A stretch of 64,000 nt of DNA. It comes from Rhynchopus sp. YZ270_cl-10. Taxonomy: Eukaryota. The stretch covers positions 434,001-498,000 of the forward strand of contig OZ037838.1 in NCBI GenBank assembly GCA_964035575.1, in the 5' to 3' direction. The position numbers and the translations under genes were made by a program. The notes below the pieces were generated by a model. The model searched no databases. It saw only the letters and a program-made list of their open reading frames with translations, and was not told the DNA's origin. Below, piece by piece: positions 24,970-35,858 of the stretch; position 1 is the first letter of the stretch, and every line of letters begins with the position of its first letter.

Positions 24970-26070
24970 TCAGTAGGGGTACAAATGCCTTGCGACAAGG
25001 ACGTTACTTCCTGCATCACCTCCTGCTGCCTTGAACACAACCACACGTGAGCACGGCGATATTGCAAATACACCTTTGGTGTCCTGTATCACACGCACAC
25101 AGGACATGGTCGCCACATCATACTGGTGCAGAGTGTACTCTTCACAAAATAGTGCACCACTCCCAAACCCAATAACGACGTACTTCCCACACGGAGTGAA
25201 CTGCACGACACCGACGTGACACTGCTCCTTTGCAAAGCTGCCAAGAGTCGCACCACTCCAGTCATAGAGGTGCACTTTGTCATAGAACCCCACAGCAAAG
25301 ACAGAGGCACACCGTGAAAGCGCCACGTGATTCCCATCCGTAGGCACACATGCCACAGCTTCACCTGTGTTCACATCCCACAGACGTATGTTGTCCTCCA
25401 TGTTGGATTTAGTGATCACCCACCCACCACAGTCCGACACTGCCATGTCACTGCACTCTTCATGCGAGAGAGAGCGGAGCAACGTCAGGTCTTCGTCATA
25501 CACAGAGACGCCGTCTGAGCCCTTCGAGACAACAACACCACCACAGGAGAACACCGAGTCCGAGAGGCCGTCGACTTTGCGGACCACCTCCCCACCCGGA
25601 AGCGCAACCTCGAGAAGGTAATCCCAACACGCCATGTAGCAGCGTGTCTTGCAGCGCGAGATGGCAGACGGAGGGCGCACTTTAACGTCCACTTTGAACG
25701 AGAAGACAGTGTCGAAGGTTTCTGTGTCGAAGCCACCAACATGCCCACTCTCGTTACTGTGGATGCAGAGCGTTCCACAACGCGACAGCGACAAGCTGTC
25801 TGCTTTCTGCTGCAGACTGTACTCAGCAGGACACTTGATGTCGGCAAAGCGGCGGGCAAGCACAACCTGCACCCCTGCATCAAACGCAGTGTCCTGCAGA
25901 CGGCACGTCCCCTCCAGCACCTGCGTGCCGATGCGCATCTCGACAGACGCAGGCGAGACAGCAAGCGCCGTGCACGCAACCTCCTTTGCCGCTGCAACGT
26001 CCGCCTCGCACGGCACCTCCACTGTCACAGTCACGCCTGACTCTTCCAGCACAAATGTCACATCCATCAT
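24970..26070 (-). CDS. UBL-propeller copy 8 (366 aa), mosaic
   Basis: Intact ORF; ends HLYPY*. Confidence 0.85.
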   Translation of the reverse strand: MMDVTFVLEESGVTVTVEVPCEADVAAAKEVACTALAVSPASVEMRIGTQVLEGTCRLQDTAFDAGVQVVLARRFADIKCPAEYSLQQKADSLSLSRCGTLCIHSNESGHVGGFDTETFDTVFSFKVDVKVRPPSAISRCKTRCYMACWDYLLEVALPGGEVVRKVDGLSDSVFSCGGVVVSKGSDGVSVYDEDLTLLRSLSHEECSDMAVSDCGGWVITKSNMEDNIRLWDVNTGEAVACVPTDGNHVALSRCASVFAVGFYDKVHLYDWSGATLGSFAKEQCHVGVVQFTPCGKYVVIGFGSGALFCEEYTLHQYDVATMSCVRVIQDTKGVFAISPCSRVVVFKAAGGDAGSNVLVARHLYPY

Positions 26071-26370
26071 TGTTTCAAGAGCTGTTGGTGTGATGCAATT
26101 GAATGTTCTGTTGTGTTTGATGTGATGTATTGTATTGTATGACTTCGCAACTCGAGTGTTCAAGTCAACGACATTCAAAGAATGGGAAGGCAACACTGTG
26201 CTCACATTGATATGGAAGCCTCCGATAGACGCCAACAAAGCAACCCAGACACACCTCTGTGCCCTCACCCTCCCGACCAACAGACCAGGCAAGCACCTTG
26301 CAGGCGTCTCTGACTCGAAGTGGTGTGTGGTTACGGAATGCAGATGAAATACAGTGTTCGAACAAAAGGG

Positions 26371-26566
26371 ATTTTATTGTTGACTTTGTCAAAATCTCTT
26401 TGTTTTTCTCTTTGTCTATTTTTCCTGCATTTTTTATTCTCTTCTTTGTACTTTCTTTTGTTTTGGTTGTTGTTAGATAAGCTCAATCGCCTATCGAGTT
26501 CTGTGAATAGCACGGAACTCCTTTTCATGTGTATCCATGGAAATCAGTATCATATGTGATACCGGG
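26371..26566. repeat. Truncated copy of the TTTTATTG element end
   Basis: Near-identical to 768-962 and ~54250-54439. Confidence 0.85.
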
Positions 26567-26779
26567 GAGAAACAAACAAAATATCCGTTATAATTGCTAT
26601 TTTTCTGGCCACGGCGATCGCGGCAGAAATGTGGTGGAGGTTTGGTGGTGGGGGGTTTGAACCACCACGGGAAGGTATGTGAGAATTCTATGCTAAAATG
26701 GGGACTCTTTTGGGGGGATAGGTTCTTCTGGGGTGGACTGCGAGAAGCTGCACAAACACAACCTCTCGCAAAACATCAC

Positions 26780-27886
26780 TCAGTAGGGGTACAGATGTCT
26801 CGTCTCAATGGTGTCGCATTCCAAATTCGCAAATAGTATCACACGTGAACACGGCGATATCTTTAATGAAAACACAGCGAAGTCTGAAAATTCACGCACA
26901 CAGGACATGGTCGCCACATCATACTGTTGCAGTAAATATTTTTGACCGTACGTCAACTCAAGTAAAAGGTACTTCCCACACAGAGTGAACTGCATGGAAC
27001 AGACAAAGAGATACCCCGGTTTATCAAAGCTGCCAAGAGCCGCACCACTCCAGTCGTAGAGCTGCACTTCGTTAGAGCACACCGCAGCAAAGACAGAGGC
27101 AGACCTTGAAAGCGCCACGTGATTCCCATCAGCAGGCACACATGCCACAGCTTCACCTGTGTTCACATCCCACAGACGTGCGTCCTCACCTCTATTGGAG
27201 GAGGTCATCACCCACCCACCACAGTCCGACACCGCTACGTAATTACACCCTTTGTGTGATAGAGAGCGGAGCAACGTCAGGTCTTCGTCATACACAGAGA
27301 GGCTTCCTTGTTCACCCCAGGAGACAACAACACCACCACGCGCGTACACTGCGTATGAGGTGCCGTCAACTTTGCGGACCACCTTCCCACCCGGAAGCGC
27401 AATCTCGCTTAGGCCTTCCTTGCACACCAGGTAGCAGCGTGTCTTGCACCGTGGGATGGCAGGCACACCGCACACATCAAAGTCTACTTTGAACTTGAAG
27501 GCAGGGCTGAAGGTTTCTGTATCGAGGCCGGTGATATAGCCTTGCTTCTGTGTAACGAGGCAGAGTGCTCCACAAGGAGACAGCGTCAAACGAATCACAT
27601 TATTTAGCTGTCCACCAGGTGGCACCTCTAGACTGTACTCAGCAGGACACTTGATGTCAGCAAAGCGGCGGGCAAGCACAACCTGCACCCCTGCCTCAAA
27701 CGCAGTGTCCTGCAGACGGCACGTCCCCTCCAGCACCTGCGTGCCGATGCGCATCTCGACAGACGCAGGCGAGACAGCAAGCGCCGTGCACGCAACCTCC
27801 TTTGCCGCTGCAACGTCCGCCTCGCACGGCACCTCCACTGTCGCAGTCACGCCTGACTCTTCCAGCACAAAGGTCACATCCATCAT
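26780..27886 (-). CDS. UBL-propeller copy 9 (368 aa)
   Basis: Intact ORF; ends HLYPY*. Confidence 0.85.
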   Translation of the reverse strand: MMDVTFVLEESGVTATVEVPCEADVAAAKEVACTALAVSPASVEMRIGTQVLEGTCRLQDTAFEAGVQVVLARRFADIKCPAEYSLEVPPGGQLNNVIRLTLSPCGALCLVTQKQGYITGLDTETFSPAFKFKVDFDVCGVPAIPRCKTRCYLVCKEGLSEIALPGGKVVRKVDGTSYAVYARGGVVVSWGEQGSLSVYDEDLTLLRSLSHKGCNYVAVSDCGGWVMTSSNRGEDARLWDVNTGEAVACVPADGNHVALSRSASVFAAVCSNEVQLYDWSGAALGSFDKPGYLFVCSMQFTLCGKYLLLELTYGQKYLLQQYDVATMSCVREFSDFAVFSLKISPCSRVILFANLECDTIETRHLYPY

Positions 27887-29100
27887 ATTGTTAAGGGGTC
27901 TGTTGTGTTTGATGTGATAGTTGGTGGTGTCACTTCGCAACGACAAATGATGAGAGTGTCCCCCAAAGATGCAAAGCAAAGCTTATGAGAAGACCCTGCT
28001 TAGACACCTTGATCACATTCGTCATCGCACATCAGCTGCGTGGGATTACACAAAGGCGTTGTCAGGGTTGATGCCATTTCCCCAACAGGAGTTCGTAATG
28101 TTGGCACGTACGATGTAGTGTTCGAGATGTAGGCGGGTACGTAAAAATTGGACGACGTTCGTAGTTTATCAGTACAGGTGCGACAATGGACCGGAGGACC
28201 CGTGAGGAGGAGATGGCAGATGCGGGAAATGGGTTCTGGATCTCAAATAAATAGTGCATCCATAGAAACGTTGGACCGGAAAAAGTCTCGCTTCGGACCA
28301 AGAATCTTCGCATTCCGTTAAACACATTTAACGGAATGCAGGGAGATAGGTGATGTCAGACGATGCGAAACGTTGGACATATTATTCAGATTTCTCATAA
28401 CACTGTGAGTCGGGAAGAAATATACCTTTCGTCCGTAAAGAGTTAGTTTAAAAATGAGGGGAAAGGAGGGGGACACGGAGGAGACACTGAACACGGCACA
28501 ACACAAAATACACACAACTGCAAACCACACTCTCGCATGATGAGCATTTGCGAGAACCTTTTGGCATCGAAACATTACCATATCAACAAGGCAAAGATTC
28601 TGTATGTCACCCAGGAAGAAAGGAATAAAAAGGGGGAAATCGTTGTTGTTTTGTTCCTATCGACAACATAACTCTGTTTGTTACCACCATCATACACTCA
28701 CGATACCTTTTTAATACCAGCCGGGGATCGTGTGAACATATGACAGCGGAGCACACACAACACATAATACGAGACACACAAAGAGGAATTAAAAGATAAT
28801 TTTACAAGACGACCCTAAGCCTCTGCTTAGTAACCTTAAAAAGGGAAGTACAGGTGGAAAGCGTTGTACAACAGTTTGCAAAACACATCACAAAGAGGTT
28901 GGCTTGACACCTCCTCGCGGCACTAATGAAAAATACAACCGACTCAAGAAAGAGTAGTTGAAACATACTAATCTTCTGATGCTCAGTCGAGCACATGCAA
29001 AGGGGTGGGACGGTGTTATTGGGTTAAAGCTTTACCAAAGTTTGGGAGGATTTTTGGCACTTTGCAGCCTTTTGTCCACACACGGCAAGTGCCCACACAC
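27672..29100. repeat. Segmental duplication (~1.4 kb) of ~32110-33528: UBL-coding region plus upstream DNA
   Basis: Near-identical sequence; identical spurious ORFs at 28062/32500 and 28318/32756. Confidence 0.92.
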
Positions 29101-29290
29101 CGCAACTCTCTGCAGGAGTGTGTGTGACGCGTCTCCAGTGGATCCACCTGGGACAACACGTGAACACGGCGATGTCGCAAATGACCCATAAATAATGGGT
29201 TGCGGTATCACACGCACACAGGACGTGGTCGCCACATCGTACTGGTGCAGGTATACATTGTCAGATTCCGTAACCTCTTCCCCCACCACA
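29101..29290 (-). pseudogene. Chimeric fragment: 3' end of the GH-like gene fused to a copy-7-type propeller fragment
   Basis: 29101-29159 matches 33549-33607; 29153-29290 matches ~23637-23774. Confidence 0.88.
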
Positions 29291-31196
29291 ACGTAGAGTT
29301 TGTTTCTTTTTATCAAAACCCCAAAAACTCTGGTTTACACTCTCTGTTGATTCAAAAACGGGGGAGGGTAAAAAAGCGCGAAAGGTAAATTGGGGAAGAG
29401 GTTGAAAAGTTGGAACGCTTCCTCACCCAGATCACACACTCTTCTCGGGGATATGTCACAAGTATCATGTCCAGGGAAATAGCTCCATATACCGAATTAT
29501 GCGACATCGCATAATTCTGGATTTTTTGGGGGGGGAAAAAAAAAAAGAGGGGATTTTTGGGCACTTTTGGGGGCCCCTCGCCCGCGGACCCCCAGATCTC
29601 CCAGATGACTGGAATGATGGAACCTTAAAATTTTCGCTCGCTGCGCTTGCAGATGTGCCGTACCCCTTAATTTTTTGCCTGCGGCGCCATTTTCCTTTTT
29701 TGCTCCGCAAAAAAGGGTTTGTCATGCGGCGCCATTTATTTTTTTTCCATACGGTTAGTGGATGCAAGACCAAGCTCCGTAATAAGGGATTACATTCCAT
29801 TTTTGGTTATCTCGCAAATTGACCTTTCGCCTCTCCACTCAGTGAGGCTTGCGCGAAGCGCAACGACCGCTTTCGACCGGGCGGAAAAAAAATTTAGTTT
29901 TCGCATAATTCCTGATTTTGGAGGAAACCCAAGCTATTTCCCTGATCATGTCCCCGGAAAAAAAAAACAATAAAAATAAAACTCTATTTTAAACGGTGAA
30001 AAAACATAAAGAGGGCCCGTACAGCAAAAAAGTTACGGAAAACCAGTTCGTAACACACTACTGGCAGAGCACTCATCCTACAGGGAGGAAAGAGGGGAAA
30101 AATGATTTGACAACCCACTTGGCAGCAGATTTGATCAAATCAAAAGGGGCAGTGGGGCCCACAATCCGTCGTCTTTTGGGAGGATCCGTAGTACTGGGAA
30201 CAATGTCAGACGAAGACGTGGATGTCGACGTGCTGATAGACACTATTACCGGTCCTAGTAGATCCGTCTCGTCACGTTTACGTTTGGGAGGCGCACGTGC
30301 CAGCGCACGAGGGTATTGAGGGGTGTCCGAACGACGCGCAATAGCGACAGGGGGGCGGGGGTCAGGGGACAACGAGCGAGGGGTATCAGTGGTGTTTTTA
30401 ATTAAAACATCATCATACCAAGTAACCTCATCTCGATGTGTTCTAGTTAGATGTCTAGAGGATGTCGGTGTTGCCGGAGATGTAGGTGACAAAAATGGGG
30501 AAGCGTTTGCGACACCGAGAGTGTAATTTTTCCCCCCGAAAATGCGCCTGTATGAATTTCCGGAGCGATCTGAAAAAATTCCGGGGTCGGACAATTTTTT
30601 TAGCGAAAAATGGATAACCTAAAAACCAGACCAAAATCGGGCTTTTCTATACGGCTGGGCAGATTGTGGATGATATAATACCCTGGTTTTCTTGTTGAGG
30701 AGCATTGTCAGAAAATAAAAGACGCATCAAGTAACTTGTGCGGCGTGAGCCACGTAGTTGTTTGGTTGTGGGGTTGCAAACAGTCCGTAGCGAACTTAGA
30801 ACGTCGGTGTTGGATGTAGTATCGTTCAGTTTTTTGAAAAAAGAAATTGGCACCGAAGAAGTCTTGAAGAAGTGGGTGGGGGTGAGGTGCTGTTCTGTGG
30901 TGCATGTTTATGATGGCTCTCGTTGTGTGACGAATGGAAAAGACAAGTTGAAAACGCCTCACCATTCATCGGCAGACGCACTGAAAACTGATACTCAGCA
31001 TCGCGATCTGTCACCCACACGAAAGCGCCGCATGGGCAGCGTGTGAGGTGGGCGACCTGTGGCAGGCAAACAAGAGAAAAGCAGCAACAGGGCTGAAAGG
31101 GGGGTTTCTTGGGGGTGTTTTGAGGGTCTTGGGTTGTTTTGCTGGTACCCTGGGGTATATTCATCACCACCCTCCCTCCCCTCCCCTGGTCACACA

Positions 31197-32324
31197 TCAC
31201 TCACTGTTGTGTGGGTACAGATGTCTTGTCACAATGACGCCATCTCGTTGCATAACCATAACAACGCGTGAACACGGCGATATCGCAAATGACTTGCTAG
31301 AGAGTTGCGGTATTTCATGCACACAGGACATGGTCGCCACATCGTACTTGCGTAGGTCTATATAACAAGGATCGTCATCCACGTCGCAGTCCTCACCAGG
31401 CTCGTGCTCACCTACCCCCACCACAAGGTACTTCCCACATGGTGTGAACTGCATACCCCAGAGACTCCCATCCACATCAACACTGCGAAGAGCCGCACCA
31501 CTCCAATCAAAGAGGCGTACACTGCTATCGCTCCCCACAGCAAAGACAGAGGCAGACCGTGAAAGCGCCACGTTATAACACCACTCCACAGGCACACATG
31601 CCACAGCTTCACCTGTGTTCACATCCCACAGACGTATGTTCTTCTCCTTCCAGGAGGCACTGAGCACCCACCCACCACAGTCAGACACTGCCACATCCCT
31701 GCACCGTACGCGCGAGAGAGAGCGGAGCAACGTCAGGTCTTCGTCATACACAGAGACGCCGTTGTGGCCCTGCGAGACAACAACCCTGCCACACGCGAAC
31801 ACTGAGTGCGAGGAGCCGTCGACTTTGCGGACCACCTCCCCACCCGGAAGCGCAACCTCGAGAAGATCTTCCACGCATGACAGGTAGCAGCGTGTCTTGC
31901 ACTGCGAGATGGCAGGCGCACCGTACGCACGATGGGGTGTGTTGAACTTAAAGACACGGGCAAAGGTTTCTGTGTCGAAGCCAACAACATTACCATCATA
32001 AACAGAGACGCAGAGCGTTCCACAACGCGACAGTGACATCGCTACGTTCATCGACAACTCCTTCGAATTGTACTCAGCAGGACACTTGATGTCGGCAAAG
32101 CGAGGACAGGCAAGCACAACCTGCACCCCTGCACCAAACGCAGTGTCCTGCAGACGGCACGTCCCCTCCAGCACCTGCGTGCCGATGCGCATCTCGACAG
32201 ACGCAGGCGAGACAGCAAGCGCCGTGCACGCAACCTCCTTTGCCGCTGCAACGTCCGCCTCGCACGGCACCTCCACTGTCGCAGTCACGCCTGACTCTTC
32301 CAGCACAAAGGTCACATCCATCAT
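31197..32324 (-). CDS. UBL-propeller copy 10 (375 aa)
   Basis: Intact ORF. Confidence 0.85.
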   Translation of the reverse strand: MMDVTFVLEESGVTATVEVPCEADVAAAKEVACTALAVSPASVEMRIGTQVLEGTCRLQDTAFGAGVQVVLACPRFADIKCPAEYNSKELSMNVAMSLSRCGTLCVSVYDGNVVGFDTETFARVFKFNTPHRAYGAPAISQCKTRCYLSCVEDLLEVALPGGEVVRKVDGSSHSVFACGRVVVSQGHNGVSVYDEDLTLLRSLSRVRCRDVAVSDCGGWVLSASWKEKNIRLWDVNTGEAVACVPVEWCYNVALSRSASVFAVGSDSSVRLFDWSGAALRSVDVDGSLWGMQFTPCGKYLVVGVGEHEPGEDCDVDDDPCYIDLRKYDVATMSCVHEIPQLSSKSFAISPCSRVVMVMQRDGVIVTRHLYPHNSE

Positions 32325-33530
32325 ATTGTTAAGGGGTCTGTTGTGTTTGATGTGATAGTTGGTGGTGTCACTTCGCAACGACAAATGATGAGAGTGTCCC
32401 CCAAAGATGCAAAGCAAAGCTTATGAGAAGACCCTGCTTAGACACCTTGATCACATTCGTCATCGCACATCAGCTGCGTGGGATTACACAAAGGCGTTGT
32501 CAGGGTTGATGCCATTTCCCCAACAGGAGTTCGTAATGTTGGCACGTACGATGTAGTGTTCGAGATGTAGGCGGGTACGTAAAAATTGGACGACGTTCGT
32601 AGTTTATCAGTACAGGTGCGACAATGGACCGGAGGACCCGTGAGGAGGAGATGGCAGATGCGGGAAATGGGTTCTGGATCTCAAATAAATAGTGCATCCA
32701 TAGAAACGTTGGACCGGAAAAAGTCTCGCTTCGGACCAAGAATCTTCGCATTCCGTTAAACACATTTAACGGAATGCAGGGAGATAGGTGATGTCAGACG
32801 ATGCGAAACGTTGGACATATTATTCAGATTTCTCATAACACTGTGAGTCGGGAAGAAATATACCTTTCGTCCGTAAAGAGTTAGTTTAAAAATGAGGGGA
32901 AAGGAGGGGGACACGGAGGAGACACTGAACACGGCACAACACAAAATACACACAACTGCAAACCACACTCTCGCATGATGAGCATTTGCGAGAACCTTTT
33001 GGCATCGAAACATTACCATATCAACAAGGCAAAGATTCTGTATGTCACCCAGGAAGAAAGGAATAAAAAGGGGGAAATCGTTGTTGTTTTGTTCCTATCG
33101 ACAACATAACTCTGTTTGTTACCACCATCATACACTCACGATACCTTTTTAATACCAGCCGGGGATCGTGTGAACATATGACAGCGGAGCACACACAACA
33201 CATAATACGAGACACACAAAGAGGAATGAAAAGATAATTTTATAAGACGACCCAAAGCCTCTGCTCAGTAACCTTAAAAAGGGAAGTACAGGTGGAAAGC
33301 GTTGTACAACAGTTTGCAAAACACATCACAAAGAGGTTGGCTTGACACCTCCTAGCGGCATTAATGAAGAATACAACCGACTCAAGAAAGAGTAGTTGAA
33401 ACATGCTAATCCGCCAATACTCAGTCGAGCACATGCAAAAGGGTGGGGCGGTGTTATTGGGTTAAAGCTTTACCAAAGCTTGGGGGGATTTTTTTGGTAC
33501 TTTGCAGCCTTTTGTAGCCCACACACTACA

Positions 33531-34979
33531 TCAAACCCCAGCTCGCTGCGCAACTCTCTGCAGGAGTGTGTGTGACGCGTCTCCAGTGGATCCACCTGGG
33601 ACAACACCGTTTGTTAAGGCGAGAGGCGTGCAGCCGTCGTCTGCGAAGACAAGGTGTGGACGCTCCCTTCGTGTGAACGTTGTGCTGGTCCCGTCGGTGT
33701 GGTCAACATGGTTAGTGTATGCCACACCGGAGTAGATCCAATGCACGCCGTCCGCACTGTACGCATGACCACCACACACGGTTTGTGGATCGATACCGTC
33801 TACGTTGGGTGACATGTTGTGAAACAGTGCGTGGTAGTGTCCGTCGCAGTCCACCCACACGAAGGGGTCTTCAGCGCCGGCAGAGATCAACTCTGGGAAC
33901 AGCTGCGAGGCAGACTCCGTCACGTATGCTGTGGTGTTCTTCCAATCGGAAGAACGCACCAAATACAGCTGCGAACGCTCGCCCCCAGTGTACGTCCGGT
34001 TCCACGTCCGCAGCATCCCCACAAACCCACCCGATGCTGTGATCACCCCAGCCAGATTCGAGTCGCAGGACGACACCTCCACGTCGCACTGCAGCGCCGC
34101 CTTGTTGCTGTAAATACATTGACACGAAGAGATCGGGGTAGGGTCTGACCAAGGTGAGGTGCTCGAGATGTTCTCTTTGTACTGCATGTATGTGATGAAC
34201 GACCAGGGCGGCATCTTCTCGCAGGCATGCGGCCCCGTGGATCCAGAGGTACACGAACACAACGGATACTTTGTGCTGTTGAAGGTGTACCCGGTGTAGA
34301 ACATCACTGCCTCCCCGGTAGGTGCCAGCACCATGTCTGGCTCGTGGCCAAACGGTGCGCGGACAGTATCGGAATAAGTGTACGGACCGGAAAAGTGCTC
34401 TGCAGTGGCATGGACGATCTCGGAGTTGAGCTGCCATGTGTTGAGGCCGCAGTGGTTGCGCATGCGTGACGCGATCATGTGGTAAGTGCCTGATGCGCGC
34501 ACCACTGCACCTCCCCAGGTAGAAGTGTTCGCCTCCTGCAGGCCGCCGTCAGAAGGGGCCATCGGAAGCAGGTCTAGTGTGCCACAGCGGAGCCCTGTCC
34601 AGCCTGGTCGGCAGTCGCACTGTGCGGTGCTGTTGCAGATGCCGTTGTAGCTGCAGTCTGCATTACCCCGACACGGTGCGGCCACCTGCCCGCAGAACGC
34701 CCCCACCACCTCGACAGGGGTGAACAGCGGATGACCCAGACGTGCATAGCACTTCCCTGCCAACGACGGCTCTGTGCTTGCATTTGAATAGTAGGTATAC
34801 GACATGCAGTCCTCTGCGGATGTGCACAGTGTGATGCAAGCGTCACGTCCTGCTGCCTCCCCCAAGTACGTCACATACGGTGTTTCTGTGGAACCCACGA
34901 CGTTGGAGCAGTTGGTCAGGTTAGTGATGGTGGTGGTGGTGGTGGTTGACGCACAAAGCATCAACAGAACTGTCCCCAT
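33531..34979 (-). CDS. Secreted protein: PAN/apple-like + EGF-like + glycoside hydrolase-like beta-propeller (GH43-type clan)
   Basis: Hydrophobic N-terminus; EGF motif CSYNGICNSTAQCDCRPGWTGLRC; STWGG, GHEP, AEDPFVW and RRERPHLVF motifs. Confidence 0.75.
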   Translation of the reverse strand: MGTVLLMLCASTTTTTTITNLTNCSNVVGSTETPYVTYLGEAAGRDACITLCTSAEDCMSYTYYSNASTEPSLAGKCYARLGHPLFTPVEVVGAFCGQVAAPCRGNADCSYNGICNSTAQCDCRPGWTGLRCGTLDLLPMAPSDGGLQEANTSTWGGAVVRASGTYHMIASRMRNHCGLNTWQLNSEIVHATAEHFSGPYTYSDTVRAPFGHEPDMVLAPTGEAVMFYTGYTFNSTKYPLCSCTSGSTGPHACEKMPPWSFITYMQYKENISSTSPWSDPTPISSCQCIYSNKAALQCDVEVSSCDSNLAGVITASGGFVGMLRTWNRTYTGGERSQLYLVRSSDWKNTTAYVTESASQLFPELISAGAEDPFVWVDCDGHYHALFHNMSPNVDGIDPQTVCGGHAYSADGVHWIYSGVAYTNHVDHTDGTSTTFTRRERPHLVFADDGCTPLALTNGVVPGGSTGDASHTLLQRVAQRAGV

Positions 34980-35858
34980 TTTGTTGTTTTATTCGGAGTG
35001 AGGTGGGTGAGGAATTCTGAAAGTACAAGGATGTTTTTCAATTGAGTGCGTGAGGGGGGGTTCGAAAAGCAGGCCGGTTCCGTCCTTTTTTTCCTTTTGT
35101 ACGAGTATGCAATGCCATCGCTTTGGGGAAGCGACTGCGTTGTACCATTTACGGGCAGCATCTCTCTCCAATAAGCTGGCCTGACTCCGAATAAAAAAAA
35201 GGAGGGAATTTTCATTTTCTATTAATCTTTTGGTGGGTGTGGGGAGGCCCAGGAGGACTTGGGGTGTGACCAAGCACACAGATCACCACCCCCGGCATCA
35301 GACGAGGAGTAGAAGGATGGAGCAGAGCAGGGTACGCCCGACACCTGAGAATGCGTTGGTGTTGTACAAGTCAGCAATTTTGCTTTTCTGAAAATAAAAA
35401 AGAAGAGCCGCTTAAAAGAATGATCCCAAAGCCTCATGCTTAGTCAGCTTGAACAAAATAAAAGGAAACGAGAAAACGTTGGTCAGATGAGCCGAAAGAC
35501 TCACTTAATTAGCCACCTACCTATTTTTTTCCGCAAGAAAATGATGATTGCAAGCTGGACACTTTTTTCCGAGGTGTTGAGTAGCACAATGACAACACAC
35601 ACCGATTATCCCCCCCCAACAAAAAAATTCACCCAACAAATTTAGGGGGAGGCAAGCGGGGAGAGAGCAGCGACGGAGTCTGGCTGTGGACTGTAGGACT
35701 GCGTCGTGGGGTTAATAGCAATCACACTTAAACACACACACACACACACAGCATCATACATAAAAACCACCTATCCACAAAACACGTGGTTGAAGGGCAC
35801 ATGCGGTATAAGACAACGAGACCCAGAAACAACGTCCTGCAAAGGGGGGTCATAGCCC

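Noticed and set aside
29805..30619. Possible TIR element (GGTTATC ends) containing ORF 30073-30594
   Set aside because: Only a 7-bp inverted match, no TSD and no recognisable domain; the region is probably TE-derived but boundaries cannot be defined
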